A stretch of DNA of 64,000 bases from Chrysomallon squamiferum (GCA_012295275.1 CM022675.1:6262001-6326000), one strand, 5' to 3'; shown: positions 16,289-40,926, numbered from the stretch's first letter. Notes: generated by a model not told the origin, from the letters alone. Numbers and translations are program-made.

Positions 16289-17149
16289 AAGAACAAGAAG
16301 AAATAGTTGTAGGAATGTAACAGAAATAACAAAATAGCATAAGTAAAGGTACCAGTAGTTGTAATAATAGTAGCAGAACAGCAGCAGCTGTAGCAGGTAG
16401 TAGTCGTAGTAAAAGAAGTAGTAGAAAATAGTAGTACTGGGATAACAAAATAACAAAATGTACAAGGCAGAATATCAACAGGTTGTAATTTTGATTTAGT
16501 CCTGTGCAGAATTCTTATTAGCAACTGCCAGGGATCGATCTAACCACATAGCAGACACAAGTGCAACACCTTGATGTGGACAAGCTGCTGCTGCTGCTGA
16601 TGATGATGATGATGTCGTCGGTTTGACTGTAGCAGCAGGAAGGGCGTAACTAATCCGGTTTCAGTTTGATCGATCGAGACTTTTAAAACTTGTTTGCATC
16701 TCCAGTGGTCGTTCATTCCCAGAAACAAATCTGTCAACACACAGGTTTACTGAAAAAACTCCCGTATATATGGTATATTTTGTGTTTGTTAGTCGGGGGT
16801 TAGCGACAGAAAGCTAAATGATCGTCTTGTTTGCCAAGTACAACAACAATCCCACGGGTTGAATTTGGTTAGAGGTGTGGTTACGTTTTTGTCAGAAAGC
16901 TGGATAAAATATCCTTACGTTAAACCGAAACCACGTTAAACCCGCATTTTTTTTAATCCCAGTTTTACTACCGCCACGATTTTTGTTTCTGTCGGTGTTT
17001 ATTGCTGCTGTTGTTGTTGTTGTTCTTCTTCTTCTTCTTCTTCTTCATTTTGTTATTATTATTATGATTATTGTCGGTTCTTGTAATTGCTATTGTTACT
17101 GTTGTTGTTGTTATTATTATTATTATTATTGTCGGTTCTTGTAACTGCT

Positions 17150-17180
<31 letters not shown>

Positions 17181-18062
17181 TTGTTGATGTTATTTTCGTA
17201 ATGTGATGACGAAACAGTTACCGTGTTCAGTCTATGCACACTATTAAAACTATAAAAAAAAAACATATTCATATCTCTGCCTAAATAAATATATCAGTGC
17301 GTATACGTATTTTGTTTGTGCGTGCGCGTGTGAATATACGTGGGTGTATGTATGTCTTTTTATGTATGTGTATGAGTACACATATATATATATATACATA
17401 CATATATACATATACATACATATATACATACACACATTCATACATACATACATACACACATACATGCATAATTTTTTGTGTGTTTTTGTTTACTTTGTTA
17501 TTGTTCTTATTGTGTTTACACTTTTTGAAATCATAAACCATGCATCAACATCTGTAACTGTGTACACACACACGTGTTATTAGTATATCATTTTAATGAG
17601 TGTAAACTCAGGACAGTGACACTGAGTGTACCAGAGAGGAGAAACCCACGTAAACAGCAGATGTTAAAAACTCTTCATTAAAACCCCATTAGCGAGATTG
17701 TGCAGGTAGGAGACACTAAACAAAGTCAGAGGCGGATTCCGCGCTGCTTACTGACATGATGGCCCTACTAAAATGGCCAGAATGCCGATAGCTTTTAGAG
17801 TGTTTCCGGAAGAAACAGACGTTAGCTTTTGGCCTGCAGACGATAACCGGAGACGGAAATGACGTTAGTGTCATAATGGAAGTTTTGTTACAGTTTTATT
17901 GTTAATGACCCGAAGGTCAAAGAGAAATAAAAAAATAAAATAAATAATAATAATAATAATAAACAATAGTAATTGAAAAACCAAACAAAACAAAAGAAAT
18001 CACTGAGGATAACGTGATTGTACACATGCACTGAAAATGGGTAGTTTCATGCATGAATGATT

Positions 18063-18145
<83 letters not shown>

Positions 18146-19414
18146 ATTCTCTCTCTGTATATATTTCTGAATACCATATATAAATACGTAAACACATATA
18201 TGTTTGTGTGTATTTTCGTATACATATAAATATATATACATTTTGTATATATACCTACAGACATAGACAGATAGATAAAAACATAAGCTGTAAAATACGG
18301 CTTTAACCAACTCTGCTTGAAAGATTGAAATATACTAACATTTATAAAAATGAAAATCATTAAAACTTCAGTTTTTTTCTCTTTTTTTATACAATAAAAA
18401 AATATATATATATATATATTATCAGTGAATCTGAATAAACGTAGATACGTTAAAAGCTGCAGCTTTTTGCAATGAACGAGTATTACACTGAAACTGTAGA
18501 AGAAAATGTAGTGAGATCCAATTCTGCGAGAAAACAGTAAAAGCCGTATTCATAGCAAAAATAAAAATAATAATCTGCGTAATAAATGAAACTGTACTCG
18601 TTAAAGTCGACCCTCACTGTGCTTCTAGTCAGTAGTTAAATCGGACAACTTATAATCATGATTGTTAGATTTCAAATATTGAAAAGCTCTTTATTGATTA
18701 AGAAAAAGAACACTTTTTTTTTTTATAAACCTTCCGAGAAAATGGAGGATTACATGCCGTAATTTTTGTAGACCGATTCAAAGAACCACGATTAAGAAAT
18801 AACACAAAGCAGCAACAGCAATAATAATAATTTAATATTTGAAACAACAACAACAACAGCATAAATAAATAAATAAATAAATAAATAAATGTTCCTATCA
18901 ATGAACTGAACGGTATTTTTTAACCTAGGTCTAGGTTTGGTTATTGCAGCGAGACGTAAATTGTGAAAACGACGTTAGAAAGATACGAGTGCGAGAAAGT
19001 ACATTTCGACATCGTTCAAAATCTGTCATAAATTATTATAATGCTAATTTGTGTGTCCATATTTAGAAGTAATCCCTTCGCTATCCTCAAAAGTATCATT
19101 AATATGTTATAAATGTATTTATAGATTTTTTTTATTGACTTTATTAATCGTCACGTGGTGTTATTTAAAAACTGTGTCGTTCATCACGTACAGCCGACTT
19201 TAGTTTGACCCCGTTTCCAGACCATTTTCGTTTTGAGTAGTTTAAGTAAAAAAACACGTCTGACTGTCTGTGTGTCCGTCTGTCTGTATGTCCTGTTTGT
19301 CTGTTTTTATCTCTGTCTCATTATTTGTCTGTCGCAGTCTACTTTCTTTATCTGTTTGTCTTAATTTGCGTTTCTTGTTTTTCTCCCGTTTTCTATTAGT
19401 CTTTCTTTTTCTTT

Positions 19415-19484
<70 letters not shown>

Positions 19485-20453
19485 TGTATGACAGTCATGT
19501 ATTCGCCTCTCTTTGTTTTCTCGTTATTCATTTGTTTATGCGCGCTTCCTATCTCTCTATCCTTCTCTCGAATTTTTGACCATCTGAGTTCCTCTAAGTT
19601 TTCTTCTTTTTCTCTCTTAACATCTGCGATACAGACTGATAAATAACCTGTATGTAATAATAACAAAATAACAATAATAAAATAAAATAAAAAATAATAA
19701 ATGATAATAATATAGAAATGGTATATTGAGCTGATTTAGAAACTTGAGAAAAATTTAAAAGAAACGAAATATATCAAAAAAAAATTAATTCTAAGAATGA
19801 AACCAAAAAAAATAATAACACAAATAATAATGACCTTTCTCAATTAACTTATTTTTTAATATATATTTTTTCTTCGTCTTCTTCTTCTTTTTTTTTTTTT
19901 TTTTTTTTTTTTTAGATTTAATTTCATTATTGATTTTTTCTTCTTCATCTTTTCCTTTTTTTTTTCTTAATTTTATTTATTTATTTATTCATTCTCTTTT
20001 TTTTTTTTTGAGATTTAATTTCATTACACTTAAAATTAATTGACCCACGGATCCTGTTTTCAGGAAGAAATGACAAAAAAGACTGATTATTAATTGATTT
20101 TCAGGTGTTGAAGTCTGAAATAACTAATACACGATATCTCTCTAATATTGACATAACTTGAAACCTTTTAATTATTTGTTAGACGTAAAGCATTTGTCAG
20201 CTTCAACAACAAATTGAAACGCTAATGTTGTGCGTTATCATTAATTGTTTCTCTGTCAACTCCTAAAAACACTACCACTCTCACAGATTTTATTAAAACT
20301 TCTCTACGGTTAATATGCTGAGATTAGAAGTGTCAGATCTGGTTTCACCACTGCGGCTTTTGCCCGTTCTAACCAGTTAATCTTATATAGTTTATCAGCG
20401 ACGGTGATAAATATTTTGTAGACTGTCATAGTGTGATAAAGTTGTCGATCTGA

Positions 20454-20492
<39 letters not shown>

Positions 20493-21281
20493 TAATAATA
20501 ATAATAATAATAGTAATAATAGTAATAAAAATAATGATGATGATGATGATGATGATGATAAAATAATGATATTACAATTTTTATCAATAACCATATGTTC
20601 GACACCATAAAACCATAAATAATCTGGGCTGGCAGAGTTATTAAATAAAACATTTCCTACTTGTAGCTCAAGGATCATAAAATATAAAATGATACAAAAA
20701 AAAAAAGTTACAAAACCGATCACAGAAAATGTCTGATGTTTTATCTGATACAGCTACTACTACAACTACTACTACTTCCACTAGAACTACTGCTGCTACT
20801 ACTAGTACTGCTACAAAAACTACTATTGCTTATTGCTTCTACTACTACTAATTTTATACTACGACTGTTACTTCAACAAGTACTATTATTGTTGCTACTA
20901 TTTCTACTATTACTATTATTGTTGATACTACTACTACTATTACTATTATTGTTGCTACTACTTCTGCTATTACTATTACTGTTCATACTACTACTACTGC
21001 TGTTACTGCTTCTCCTATTACTACTACTATTATTCCTCTACTGCTGCTACTACTACCACCTCAATTACAACAACTTACTACTACTATCATTACTCTTCTA
21101 CTATTAGGTATATATAACATATAAATACCAAATCCTGCTACTAAATTAACAAGATCTCTCTTTATATTAACCAGTTAACTTGACAACCTAATCTACTAAC
21201 AAGGTATCAATACACTGACATGCAAATACCATGATATCTAACCTTCTAACATGATGTTCATTCTATTCATTGGCTGTTGTA

Positions 21282-21341
<60 letters not shown>

Positions 21342-21741
21342 TGGGATGTGTTTATTTTTAAAAAGTGTCAGTGTGTTATTTATAACACATATAACTTCTG
21401 ACCCCACCTCAAGTATTCCTCTGCATTGTTACCCCCCCGGGATGATGACCGCTGGCCATGACTCTTGAAATTCTGTTTGCCGTTTTCTTTGTTTCTAACA
21501 CTTGCTGTACTTCCACGCTGCAAAACTTAACATAACAGTGAAAAGTATGGCTAAAAACCCGTACAAATGCTACTCAGAAGTCCAGATTTGAGACAAGAGG
21601 TGCTTAGAAATTCTGACTTCTGTAGGAAGGTTTCGAATACGCTTCCTGTGGGAGTTTTAAACCCAGTTTCCACGAAAACAGAACCGGTTCGGTGTTCCTT
21701 ATTCAAAAGTCTTATTTTTTTAATGTAATTATTACTATAAT

Positions 21742-21794
<53 letters not shown>

Positions 21795-22757
21795 TTGCCG
21801 CTGCTGCTTTTTTTATTATTAATATTATGTTATTGTTATTGCTAGTATTTATTTATTTATTTATTTATTAGTACTGTAGTTGTTGTTGTTCTTGCTCTTG
21901 CTGTTACTGTTGTCAACAATACTGACAGCAACAACTACATGAACAACTGAATGATAAATACCATGCTACAACGAAATTCTAAACTGTGAATTTCGTAAGA
22001 TATATAATATATATGTATATGTATGTATGTATGTATGTATGTATCATTCTATATAATTTCTTTCTGGGTTTTTTTTTTTCCTTTCTTTCATTGTCGTTCT
22101 TTCTTTGCTTCCTTCATTCCTCTTTCTATCTTAACATATTTACCATTTGCCTGTATGTCTTAAAACAGAGCAAACACGAGAATCCTTACAAGTTAAATTT
22201 GTTTCAAGGGCAAACGACTCTCACGTTCCCTCGTTCCCTTCTACTGACTCATTTAACTGTTGCTTTACAAATATTTACAAGCTGAGAAGAATAATGCAAT
22301 GGACTCATTTAGATTATAGTTATCCCTGTTTTATTAAATGTCTCGTGAACTTTAATTTTCAAATGTCAAAAGTATTATGTATTGGTGGTTGCGGGAAAAA
22401 AAAGAAAAAGCTAATAAAGAGATTTATAATTAAAAAATAACGAATAGATACTGGATAAAAAAAAAAAATTTAAAAAATTTTAAAAATAAAAATAATAATA
22501 ATAAATCTGTGGTATTTTATTTGATTAGTAAGAAAAAGGTAATAAATGAGAAAACGAAGTAAAAATCATTTTATATATTATTCTTTCTCTTTTTCCTTAA
22601 TTAAAATCAAATATATATAAATATATATATATATATTATTTCTTCTGGAGATATTTGGTAATTTTCTATTTTAGTATTAAAAAAAAGACTAAAATAAATA
22701 AATAAATAATAAATAAGAGAAATAATAATAACAACAATAATAATAATAAAAAACAAC

Positions 22758-22798
<41 letters not shown>

Positions 22799-23174
22799 CA
22801 ACAACTACAACAACAACATGAAAACATGCTCTACCTATTAGAAAACAATTCGCTTCGTCAGTTTAAAAGATTAGTTTTAATATCTCTCGCCTGAACGTCA
22901 ATCGGTTTTTCTTCTTTCTTTTTTTTTTTTTCAAACACAAACGATCGAAATGTCTTACAGAACGTTCAGAAACCGTTACAACACTCGTTATCTCGAAACG
23001 CGGGGGCGAGAAACAAAGAATGCACAAACACCGGCGCATTTTTTTTTTTTTTTTTTTTTTTTTTTTCCACCGGCACCTTATTGGCCCCCACCTAGATACT
23101 CGATATCTCACCTTCCTTTTTTTTTTTTTTTCTTCTTTTTTAATAACTAATAAATTCAACCATGATCAGCTAAC

Positions 23175-23419
23175 ACTGCCACTATAAGCGTAGATATACA
23201 CCGACACGTTCGTCGATAGCAAAACGGCTGCGAGCGACTGAGAGTTTCAGACGGGTTAAGAGCGGAGTTTCTGTTCTGTTTGTCACTGGCGGTGTGTGTG
23301 TGTGTAACAGTTAAAATAGTGGATTGATACTGTTTTAAATTTTTTTCGAAAACCTCGCCCGTATCACCGCAAGTGCCCGAATTACAGTAGATACAAGAAT
23401 ATATTTCAACATGGTAAGT
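23175..23419 (+). promoter_or_regulatory. Putative promoter and leader exon ending in ATG|GTAAGT (candidate exon 0 of secreted-protein copy A)
   Basis: CpG-rich unique block with TATAAG at ~23183 and ATTGG (reverse CCAAT) at ~23080; TTCAAC-ATG (23411-23413) followed by a consensus GTAAGT donor. Splicing to the acceptor at 28723 gives in-frame ATG|GGG ATG ACT. Confidence 0.5.
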
Positions 23420-23544
23420 TAACGCTGTTATTGTTCGTTTGTTTCTTTATTTGTCGTTGTTGTTGTTGTTGTCATGTATTTATTTATTTATTTATATTTG
23501 TTAATTTATCTATTCATGTACTAATTTAATTACTTATCTTTGTA

Positions 23545-23591
<47 letters not shown>

Positions 23592-24422
23592 GATTATTAT
23601 TATTATTATTATTACTATTAAATATCTCTCTCTCTGTCTTATTGTATTTGTCTCTCTCAATCCTTTACGATGAAGGAAATTTTAATTTTTTATGCGTTAT
23701 ATGCATACGACTTGTTTTAAAAAAAACACTTTTATTTGTTTGTGTGCTTATTTATTTTTGAGCTAAGATTGGTTTAGTCCCATGAAGAAAACTTAGTATT
23801 GAAAAAATAAATAAAATAAAATAAAATAAATAAATAAATAAATAAAATGAGAAAATATTATTAAAAGATACTAACAAAGGAATAAAATGTAATTTGGCAG
23901 CATCAAGTTGGAATTAATAAAAAAAATTAAAAATCCAATCTTTCAAGAACAGAAAAAATCTTTAAAAAGCCATTTAAATTTTTTTTTTTTTTTTTAATTC
24001 TAAAATTAAAATATAATAACATCGCCAATTTGTGGTTATAATTATTTATTAATTTGTTGTCTGTAAAAAAAAAAAAAAACCACCAAAACAATAAAAACCA
24101 TAAAACCACACACACAAAGACAGAGAGAGAGAGAGAAAGACAGACACACCCTATTAATAAGCAATTAGAGGCTGAGAGAGAGGAAACAAAAAAGAAAAAG
24201 ATAAACGATCATATAAATAATTTATTTCGATTATTTCTTTTAAATTTTTTTTTTTTTTACTTATTATTATCATCATAATCATCAGTATTATCGTTATTAT
24301 TCTTATCATCTTAATTATTATCGTTATTATTCTTATTATTTTATCATCTTAATTATTATCATCATTATTCATTTTACGCAGAATATAATGATAAGCTGTG
24401 TTATTTTTCTTTCGTTTTTCCG

Positions 24423-24457
<35 letters not shown>

Positions 24458-24787
24458 TGGGGTTTTTTTTGTTTGGTTTTTTTTATATTTTTTTTTTTCT
24501 TCAGTTTTTTTCACTAGTGAATACATCAAAAGTTCATTTAAAAACGCATCTGGTTTCCATTAACTCGTTTTTATAACATCAAATTTCACATCAGTGGGAA
24601 GCTAGCTTAATCGAAATGAAATTTATTTGTACTTAATTAACCATTAACACAAACATACGCTTCCTTTTATGTGATTATTGATATCCGATTGCTTATAATG
24701 TCAGTTATTTAAATCCAATTGACATAAAATGTCAGCAACAACAACAACAATAATAATAATAATAATAACAATAATAATAATAATGAC

Positions 24788-24940
<153 letters not shown>

Positions 24941-25335
24941 TAAACGACAACAAAATTTACAACAATAAAGAAAACAACACAACCAATACCACCACCAATA
25001 CCACCACTATCACCAACAACAACGACATCAGTAATAGTAATAATAATAATACTGCTAACGTGCACTGTATCTATTAATAGATGACAAAGAATGTAATATA
25101 TAGATTATGTTACTAATTTAACATACAGAATATCGAGGTCAAACGAAACAAGTACATGAATTTAATCCTTTACAGTCTTACGCTTGATTAAACATTTAAT
25201 TTCGTGTCTAAGTCGCTCAGTCTTTAAGATTACCATTAATTCCACTGATAATATTTTTATTTTTTATTTTATTTTATGTTAATAGTTTAAAAATGACTCT
25301 TTGTTTCTTATTTACTCTCTCTGATTTTGTTCGAT

Positions 25336-25444
<109 letters not shown>

Positions 25445-26655
25445 TTTTTTCTCTCATTCTCGTTCTCTCTCTCTCTTTGTTTGACTTTCTCTTTGTCTCT
25501 TTCGCTCTCCTTAATAATAAAAATATGGATTTTCAAATGTCCTACGTCATTTAATAGCAGAAATGTCCGATCTAAACTTTACTAAAATAACTAATAATGT
25601 TAAAGTTGTTCTATTTTAGTCGTTTTCTTTTGTTTGCATTGTTTTGTTTGTTCTTCTATAATTGTACTGTTTTGTTTCGTCAATAACAGTTTTTGCTAAA
25701 AAAAATTGTTCTTTTATGATTGTACTATTTCGGTTTTCTCTTATGTTTTGGTTGGTCTATAATCGTACTGTTTTGTTTCGTCTATAACAGTTTTCGCTAT
25801 TTTTTTTTTTTATGATTGTACTATCTTTGTTTTTCTGTTATGTTTTGTTTCTCGAGGTTGTGATGTTTGGTTTGTTCTCTTACTGTTTCGTATTGTTCTT
25901 GTACCGACTGCTACAGCGTTTCTCAGTAATACGGACTCTATACCTTCCATAATAAAACAATAATTTAGAATTGTTTTTGAGTGAAACAGAAGACTATGTT
26001 GTGTACAGAGAAACCTTTCACACCGTCACTAAAACGATCTTTCACGAAAACACAACGATTCAAGCCATACACTCTTTTACGTGTCTTTTGACATTAATAC
26101 CTTACAAAAAAAAAAAAATAATAATTAACAAACAAATTAACAAAATATTTTTAAAAATGCCTCCATCCCTAAAACCAAACCTTCTACCTGCCCCCCCCCC
26201 ACATTATTGAATTTTACGAAGTTTCATCGTACTGGTTTTAAAATTCTCGCACACGATTCGAAACATTCGCGAGACGCGAAGAGAAAAGAAACTTTTAACA
26301 CGGGCGACATCTTTCCTTTCAGATTTATCGATTAACGACTCATTACAGTAATAAACGAATGCCACTTAGCATCTTCAATTTCACATCTGACTACCGACGC
26401 CATTTTGATTTCACTTAGCTTTATTTACAGCCAAACGTGGGCTGTGAAAACAAATAAACTCTCCACTGCTGTTTGCTAACCATGATTTAGTGTGGGAACA
26501 TTCAGTTTGGGAGGAAATAAAGAAAAGGAATAACCCTTCAGTATGATTTCCGGTTGTAATTTCGATTAAACGGAGTTAAATTATTGTTATAATTTCTACC
26601 CTTTTTTTTTTTTTTGTTTGCTTTTAATCAAATATACATATTTCTAATTAAAGGC

Positions 26656-26691
<36 letters not shown>

Positions 26692-26858
26692 CGACTGATC
26701 GATTGATTAACTGATTCATTCAATCAGTCAGTCAATCAGTTACTGTAAGCATTTATATATGAATGTATGTATGTATGTATGTATGTATATATGTATGCAT
26801 TTATGTAATCATGTATGAATATCTGTATATATAAATAATAATAAGTCAACATTTAATT

Positions 26859-26924
<66 letters not shown>

Positions 26925-27676
26925 TACACACACACACGCACGCACACACATTTCTCTTTATTTTACATTTTTCTTTTGTCTTTCTTCCTTATTTAAAAAC
27001 AACCAGTAAATCCTTGCATGCTGTCGGAGACTGTTTTCCTCAGGCGAGCTGATCAAAAAGAGTTTTCACATTTAGAATTCTGTTGGTAAGCACTCGAGTC
27101 GAAGGCGAGACTAATATCTACTTGATGTTAAGAGATGGCTTCTTTCTTTGTAGGGGTAACGAACCCCTGGGGTAGCCGAAAAAAAAAAAAAATTAAAAAA
27201 ATTCTTCAAAAAGATATGAGAACGACGTTTCAAGTTAGGATTATTCAATAATGACGAATGGTTTTTTTGTTTTTTTTCTCAACTGGTTTTTTTTTTTTTT
27301 ATTTTTATTTTTTTTTTTTAAGAGAAATATTTGTATGATATCATAGTTGAATCAATATTTTATATATAGCCCTAATTTAAATGATTGAATGAATTTGGTT
27401 ATAAAAAAGAAACAAAAAATAAAACAATATGAAAATAATAGCATATAAATTTGAAAGATGAATACATCCATCAATCCATCCATCCATCCACACATACATA
27501 CATAAATACATACATACGTAGATGGTTAAATACATACCATAAACATATACGTACATACATAGATAAATACATGGAAACATACTTATTTTTTGCGACGGCT
27601 AAAAGTTATCAATTCCATATTATCAATTTTTTTTTTTTTTAATTTCTGTTTTTATTTTACTTTTATTTTGTTGTTG

Positions 27677-27735
<59 letters not shown>

Positions 27736-28078
27736 GTCTCTTCGATTACTGCCTAATATTTCAAGACAGATTTACAATGAGAATGAATTAACTGCTTGTA
27801 AATTCGATAATTCATCTTCTCTTCTTTTTTTCCTTAAATGCAGTATTTTTATTAAAATCTTACCGATGAATTCTTACCGATCAAATTACACAAACATAGA
27901 GACAGACAGCCAGAAATAGAATTAAAGAAGGACAAAATAGATACAAAATAACGAGAGAAACAAGGAGAGAAAAACACTGAATGAAAATGAAGTAACAGAG
28001 ACAGAGACTTCTTTTTCTGTTTTTATTATTTTATTATTATTCTCTTTCTTTCTACCCTTGCATTACTTTACTCTAAGC

Positions 28079-28219
28079 CAGTCGTGGGTAACCTGTAAAC
28101 CGCAGGCCGCATATGGCCCACAGCCCTTTCTATGTGGCTAAAATGACGTATATTAGCAGTCTGTTATGTTATTACGCTATGCGGCCCGCTTTTGGGGAAA
28201 AAAAGGTTGCCCCCGTCTG
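28079..28219. mobile_element. Short hAT-like (Charlie/SPIN-type) MITE remnant
   Basis: Ends CAGTCGTGGGTAACCT...AGGTTGCCCCCGTCTG form an imperfect inverted repeat; internal GGCCGC..TGGCCC and GCGGCCC subterminal motifs are typical of hAT elements; TSD degenerate. Confidence 0.6.
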
Positions 28220-28597
28220 TTTTAAATAGTTTATATGTCTATTTTTCTGGGTTTGTTTGTTGTTGTTGTTGTTTTGTTTTGCTTTCTTTCTGTTTGATTA
28301 ATATTATTTGTAGTTCCAGCAAATGCTAAGCTCTCGATTGATTGATTGCCAAAATTTTGATTTTGATTTGATTTGATTTTATTATTTGTTTTGTTTGGTA
28401 ATATTTTTTATACTGATTATTATTACTACTACTACTACTACTACTACGATTACTACTACTAGTACTACTACCATTATTATTATTATTACTACTACTACTA
28501 CTATTATTATTATTATTTCTACTACAGTTACTATTATTATTATTATTATTACTACAACTACTACTATTTCTACTATTACCTTTACTAGTACTATTAC

Positions 28598-28713
<116 letters not shown>

Positions 28714-28726
28714 TGTATTTCAGGGG

Positions 28727-30664
<1,938 letters not shown>

Positions 30665-30803
30665 GGGGTAAAAAAAAAATAAAAAATCGAAAAGAAACAA
30701 ATTCAAGAATAAAACAAACAATCAATCAAACAGACCGACAGAAAAATAAAAAGAACAGCAAAGCAAAACAAAAGGAAGCAACATTCAGCAAAGATTACTG
30801 CAA

Positions 30804-30834
<31 letters not shown>

Positions 30835-31307
30835 GATCCTGTGACAGGCATTTCAAGAAGGACAAGAGATCAAAACCAGAAAACGATAATCCTAATCTCT
30901 CAAGATTATCCGTACAGGAGGGGTGTATGCAAAAATACTGAAACTGTTTAGAAAATAGTTTCATCGAAGACGCAGGAAAGGAAGAACTGACCTGATCAAA
31001 TATTCTACACAGACGAAGAAAATCAATTTTATTAATATCATTATTTTACTGTTGATTTTTTCTCCTTTTTTTCTGTTTCCTTACTGCTACTGCTACTACA
31101 ACAACAACTACTACTATTACTACTGCTACTACTACAACTACTACTTCTACTACTACTACTAAAACTACTATCACCCTTCTTACATTATATATATATATAT
31201 ATATTAATTTATTTATTTATTCTTTTAAAGATTTCCATAATAAAAATAACTGATATCAAATCTTGTTTGAACTGATAAGAAAAACTGATATCAAATATAT
31301 ATTGTTA

Positions 31308-31632
31308 CAGGCTGAGAATCTTTTATCCGAAATGCTTGGTCCTGGAAGTCATGCTTGGTCCTGGAAGTCACATTTGGTTTTCTTGATTTTTTAGGAAATA
31401 AGCTGTGAACAAGATCTAAGTTTAAATACAAGCTCCATTTATATTTCATGTACAGCTTATACAAATAGTCTGCAGGATATTTTATGTAATAATAATTTTT
31501 TCTTTCTTTCTTTCTTTCTTTCTTTAAGAAGGATGCCCTAGATAAAGTTTGTATATGCAAAACAATTCGAAAATTTTAACAATTCTAAAAAATTCAGATT
31601 TTCGTATATTCGGATAAGGGATTCTGAGTTTG
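31308..31632. mobile_element. pogo/Tigger-type MITE
   Basis: TA|CAGGCTGAGAATCTTTTATCCGAA ... TTCGGATAAGGGGATTCTGAGTTTG|TA: imperfect TIRs flanked by TA on both sides. Confidence 0.7.
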
Positions 31633-33013
31633 TATAACTATTATCTTTTAAAGTAGTAGTAATAATAATAATAATAAAAATAATAATGTTCTGTAAGCTG
31701 GTGCATTGCCATGTCAGAAGTTAACATTCGAAACACGAAAGGGGAAGTAACTGTTAAAAGTAAGTCAGAAAATGGACACAACTGCTAAGCCTTAAGCAAC
31801 GGAGTACCTCTGTTGTACCTTAAGCTATTGAAACTGATAATGAAACTGATATAGTAATAGCATACTAACGAAGTAAAAAAAAAAAAGGATACGTAGCAGT
31901 AATCACAAGTTATTATTATTATTACTACTACTACTATTATTATTATTATTATCTACTTACATACATAATATGACAATATATAAATCAGTTTTTATCCTCA
32001 GAACTGATTATAATTCTAAACTATCAAATCAACATATATATATATATATATATTCTGTACTTACACCTTTGCAGTTTCGCTCTAATAACCTGAAGTCCTA
32101 AGAAGTCTGGATACAAATGTGATTACGTTTCACGTTTACACATGTTTACATGTTTACACAGATACATGTTTACTGATATTTATTGTGATTTATTGAAGTT
32201 ACCTGCAGCGTTCTCTTACTGAAGTGTTTACAATAAAGTGACTGTTGACACGCCTAATGTCTTCCTTATTATTTGTAAAAAGTATTATTACTAATATTAT
32301 TGTCGTTGTTGTTGCTGCTGCTGATACTGCTCTCGTTATTACTATTAATACTGATGATACTGTCATTTGTATAAGTGTTATTGTTGTTGTTATTATTATT
32401 ATTATTATCATTATCATCATCATCATCATTAGCATTAGCATTTTTTTAAAGCTGCTATCGATTTATACATTTTGAGAATTACATGAAATAAAATCTGAAC
32501 ACTGTAGTTTAATACAATATAATATAACGTAATGTAATGTAATATAATATAATACAATACAGTATAATATAATATAATATAATATAATATAATATAATAT
32601 AATATAATATAATATAATACAATATAATATAATATAATATTAAGTAGCACAGAATGAACATAAAATAGACTGAACTATTTCAAAGTATCTATCTGTACAT
32701 GAGCTCGAAGCAAAACAAAAACGTTAATGAAGATAAAATCCGTTTCGAATTGTCCGTAAGGCTTTAAACATGTTTTCACAGTTGAAAGTGGAGCGATTTG
32801 CTTTCCTTTAAGCTTTTAATAGTGTCGATAAAGAATACATATAAATCCACTGATAATAAAATATACTGGAATGTTCTACAAATTGTTGTTGAAACAGTCC
32901 GTTCAAAGTAACCATAGTTACAAGAAGAGAAGCCTTCAGCTGACAATGTACACGTAACATCTTTTTGATCGTCATTAACAATTTATGACGTCATAATCAG
33001 CCCTTGACTCACA

Positions 33014-39423
<6,410 letters not shown>

Positions 39424-39967
39424 GTCACAATTCCGTTGTACGAGAAGAAAATATGGAGTACTTTCGTGTAACTTACGACAGAAGCTGATTGCGGAAACAA
39501 GAACGTAAACACGTTTTACCTACCCAGTCGTTGACTGACCTGAACAGGTCACGGATTGTCGTCGTTTATGACAGTCGTAGCCTCTGGCGTGAGGAATACA
39601 ATAGAAATGTTTGAATGCTGATAAGATCCGTTTGACGTGCGCATTGTTAACGCATTAATTTCATTGGTTAGGTTTTCGATGGTTTCTTAACTTCGTGCGT
39701 TTTTTAAATTAGCTTATGTATGTATAGGTGTGTGTGTGTGTGTGTGTTTATGTGTGGGTGTGTAGTGTGGGTGGGTGTGGGGGATAAGTGTGTGTATGTC
39801 TCTGTATATGCGTGTATCTTTGACTACACAATTAATTATGTATCGGTACAGAAGACGCAAATAAACAAGTTTACAAACTTTAATAACATTATAGTCTGTA
39901 CCAGATACCTGCCTATTTCTAACTGAATCTTAAAACATACACTGACAAATGCAACAACAACAACAAC

Positions 39968-40018
<51 letters not shown>

Positions 40019-40257
40019 TAATAATTAATTAATTAATTAATTAAAAATTTATTTATTAAATAAATAAATTTTTTTAAAAAAAATAAAAATAGAAAAATAA
40101 ATTAAATAATGAGACTACAATAATATGACAATTACAGCAACAACAGTGAAGAGTATTAACCGTGGTTAGCTCGACTCCGTTACACAAAGAAACATTAATC
40201 AATAATAATAATAACAACAACAACAACAACAACAACAACAATAATAATAATAATAAT

Positions 40258-40293
<36 letters not shown>

Positions 40294-40560
40294 AATGTTT
40301 TTTGCCAATATTCAAGTTCTTTATTGGAGAACATGATATAATATTGCTATAACAATTTTTTATTACGAGAATTTCCCAGCTGATGACTGAATTACAAATA
40401 CACATAAAACACGTCAGTATTTTATAGCACATATTAGGCCTACTGTTTTACTTTGTTGAAATAGATCTTTCTTTTTCATTTATATTATATTTATTTATTT
40501 ATTTCTTCTTCTTCTTTAATTGTTTTTATTTTATTTATCTTATCTTATTTTGTTGTCCAA

Positions 40561-40599
<39 letters not shown>

Positions 40600-40799
40600 C
40601 TTTCTAAATGTTCTCCTAATACTGCATTGGTTATGGCCCGGAAAGTAGAAATCTTGGATTAAAAAAAAAAAGTCCTAAAATTAATTGTGCAAACTCGGAA
40701 TTTTCGTGAACAAAACAACAACAACAACAACAACAACTAAAATAATGGAACGTTCCAAAACCTGACTCCCCTTTCGACAAAAAATATCAAATCTGGATG

Positions 40800-40926
40800 T
40801 TTCGGCAAAATATCACTGGATGTGGCTATGCGGACAATTTATAGAGCGAGCAGACGGCGTAGAATTTGTTTTTTACTGTTAACTGAGATGATTTGTAAAT
40901 TACTTCTATTTCTGTCTGAGGTAAGT
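40800..40926 (+). promoter_or_regulatory. Putative non-coding first exon/promoter of the TRIM-like gene
   Basis: CpG-containing block ending in CTGAG|GTAAGT (40921), just before a CpG-depleted gene body; the RING exon acceptor lies 2 nt before its ATG, so an upstream UTR exon is needed. Confidence 0.55.

Noticed and set aside
16540-16740. 66-aa ORF with a poly-H/Q tract resembling a transcription-factor exon
   Set aside because: The tract is a short CAT/CAG microsatellite; no domain or compatible neighbouring exons were found
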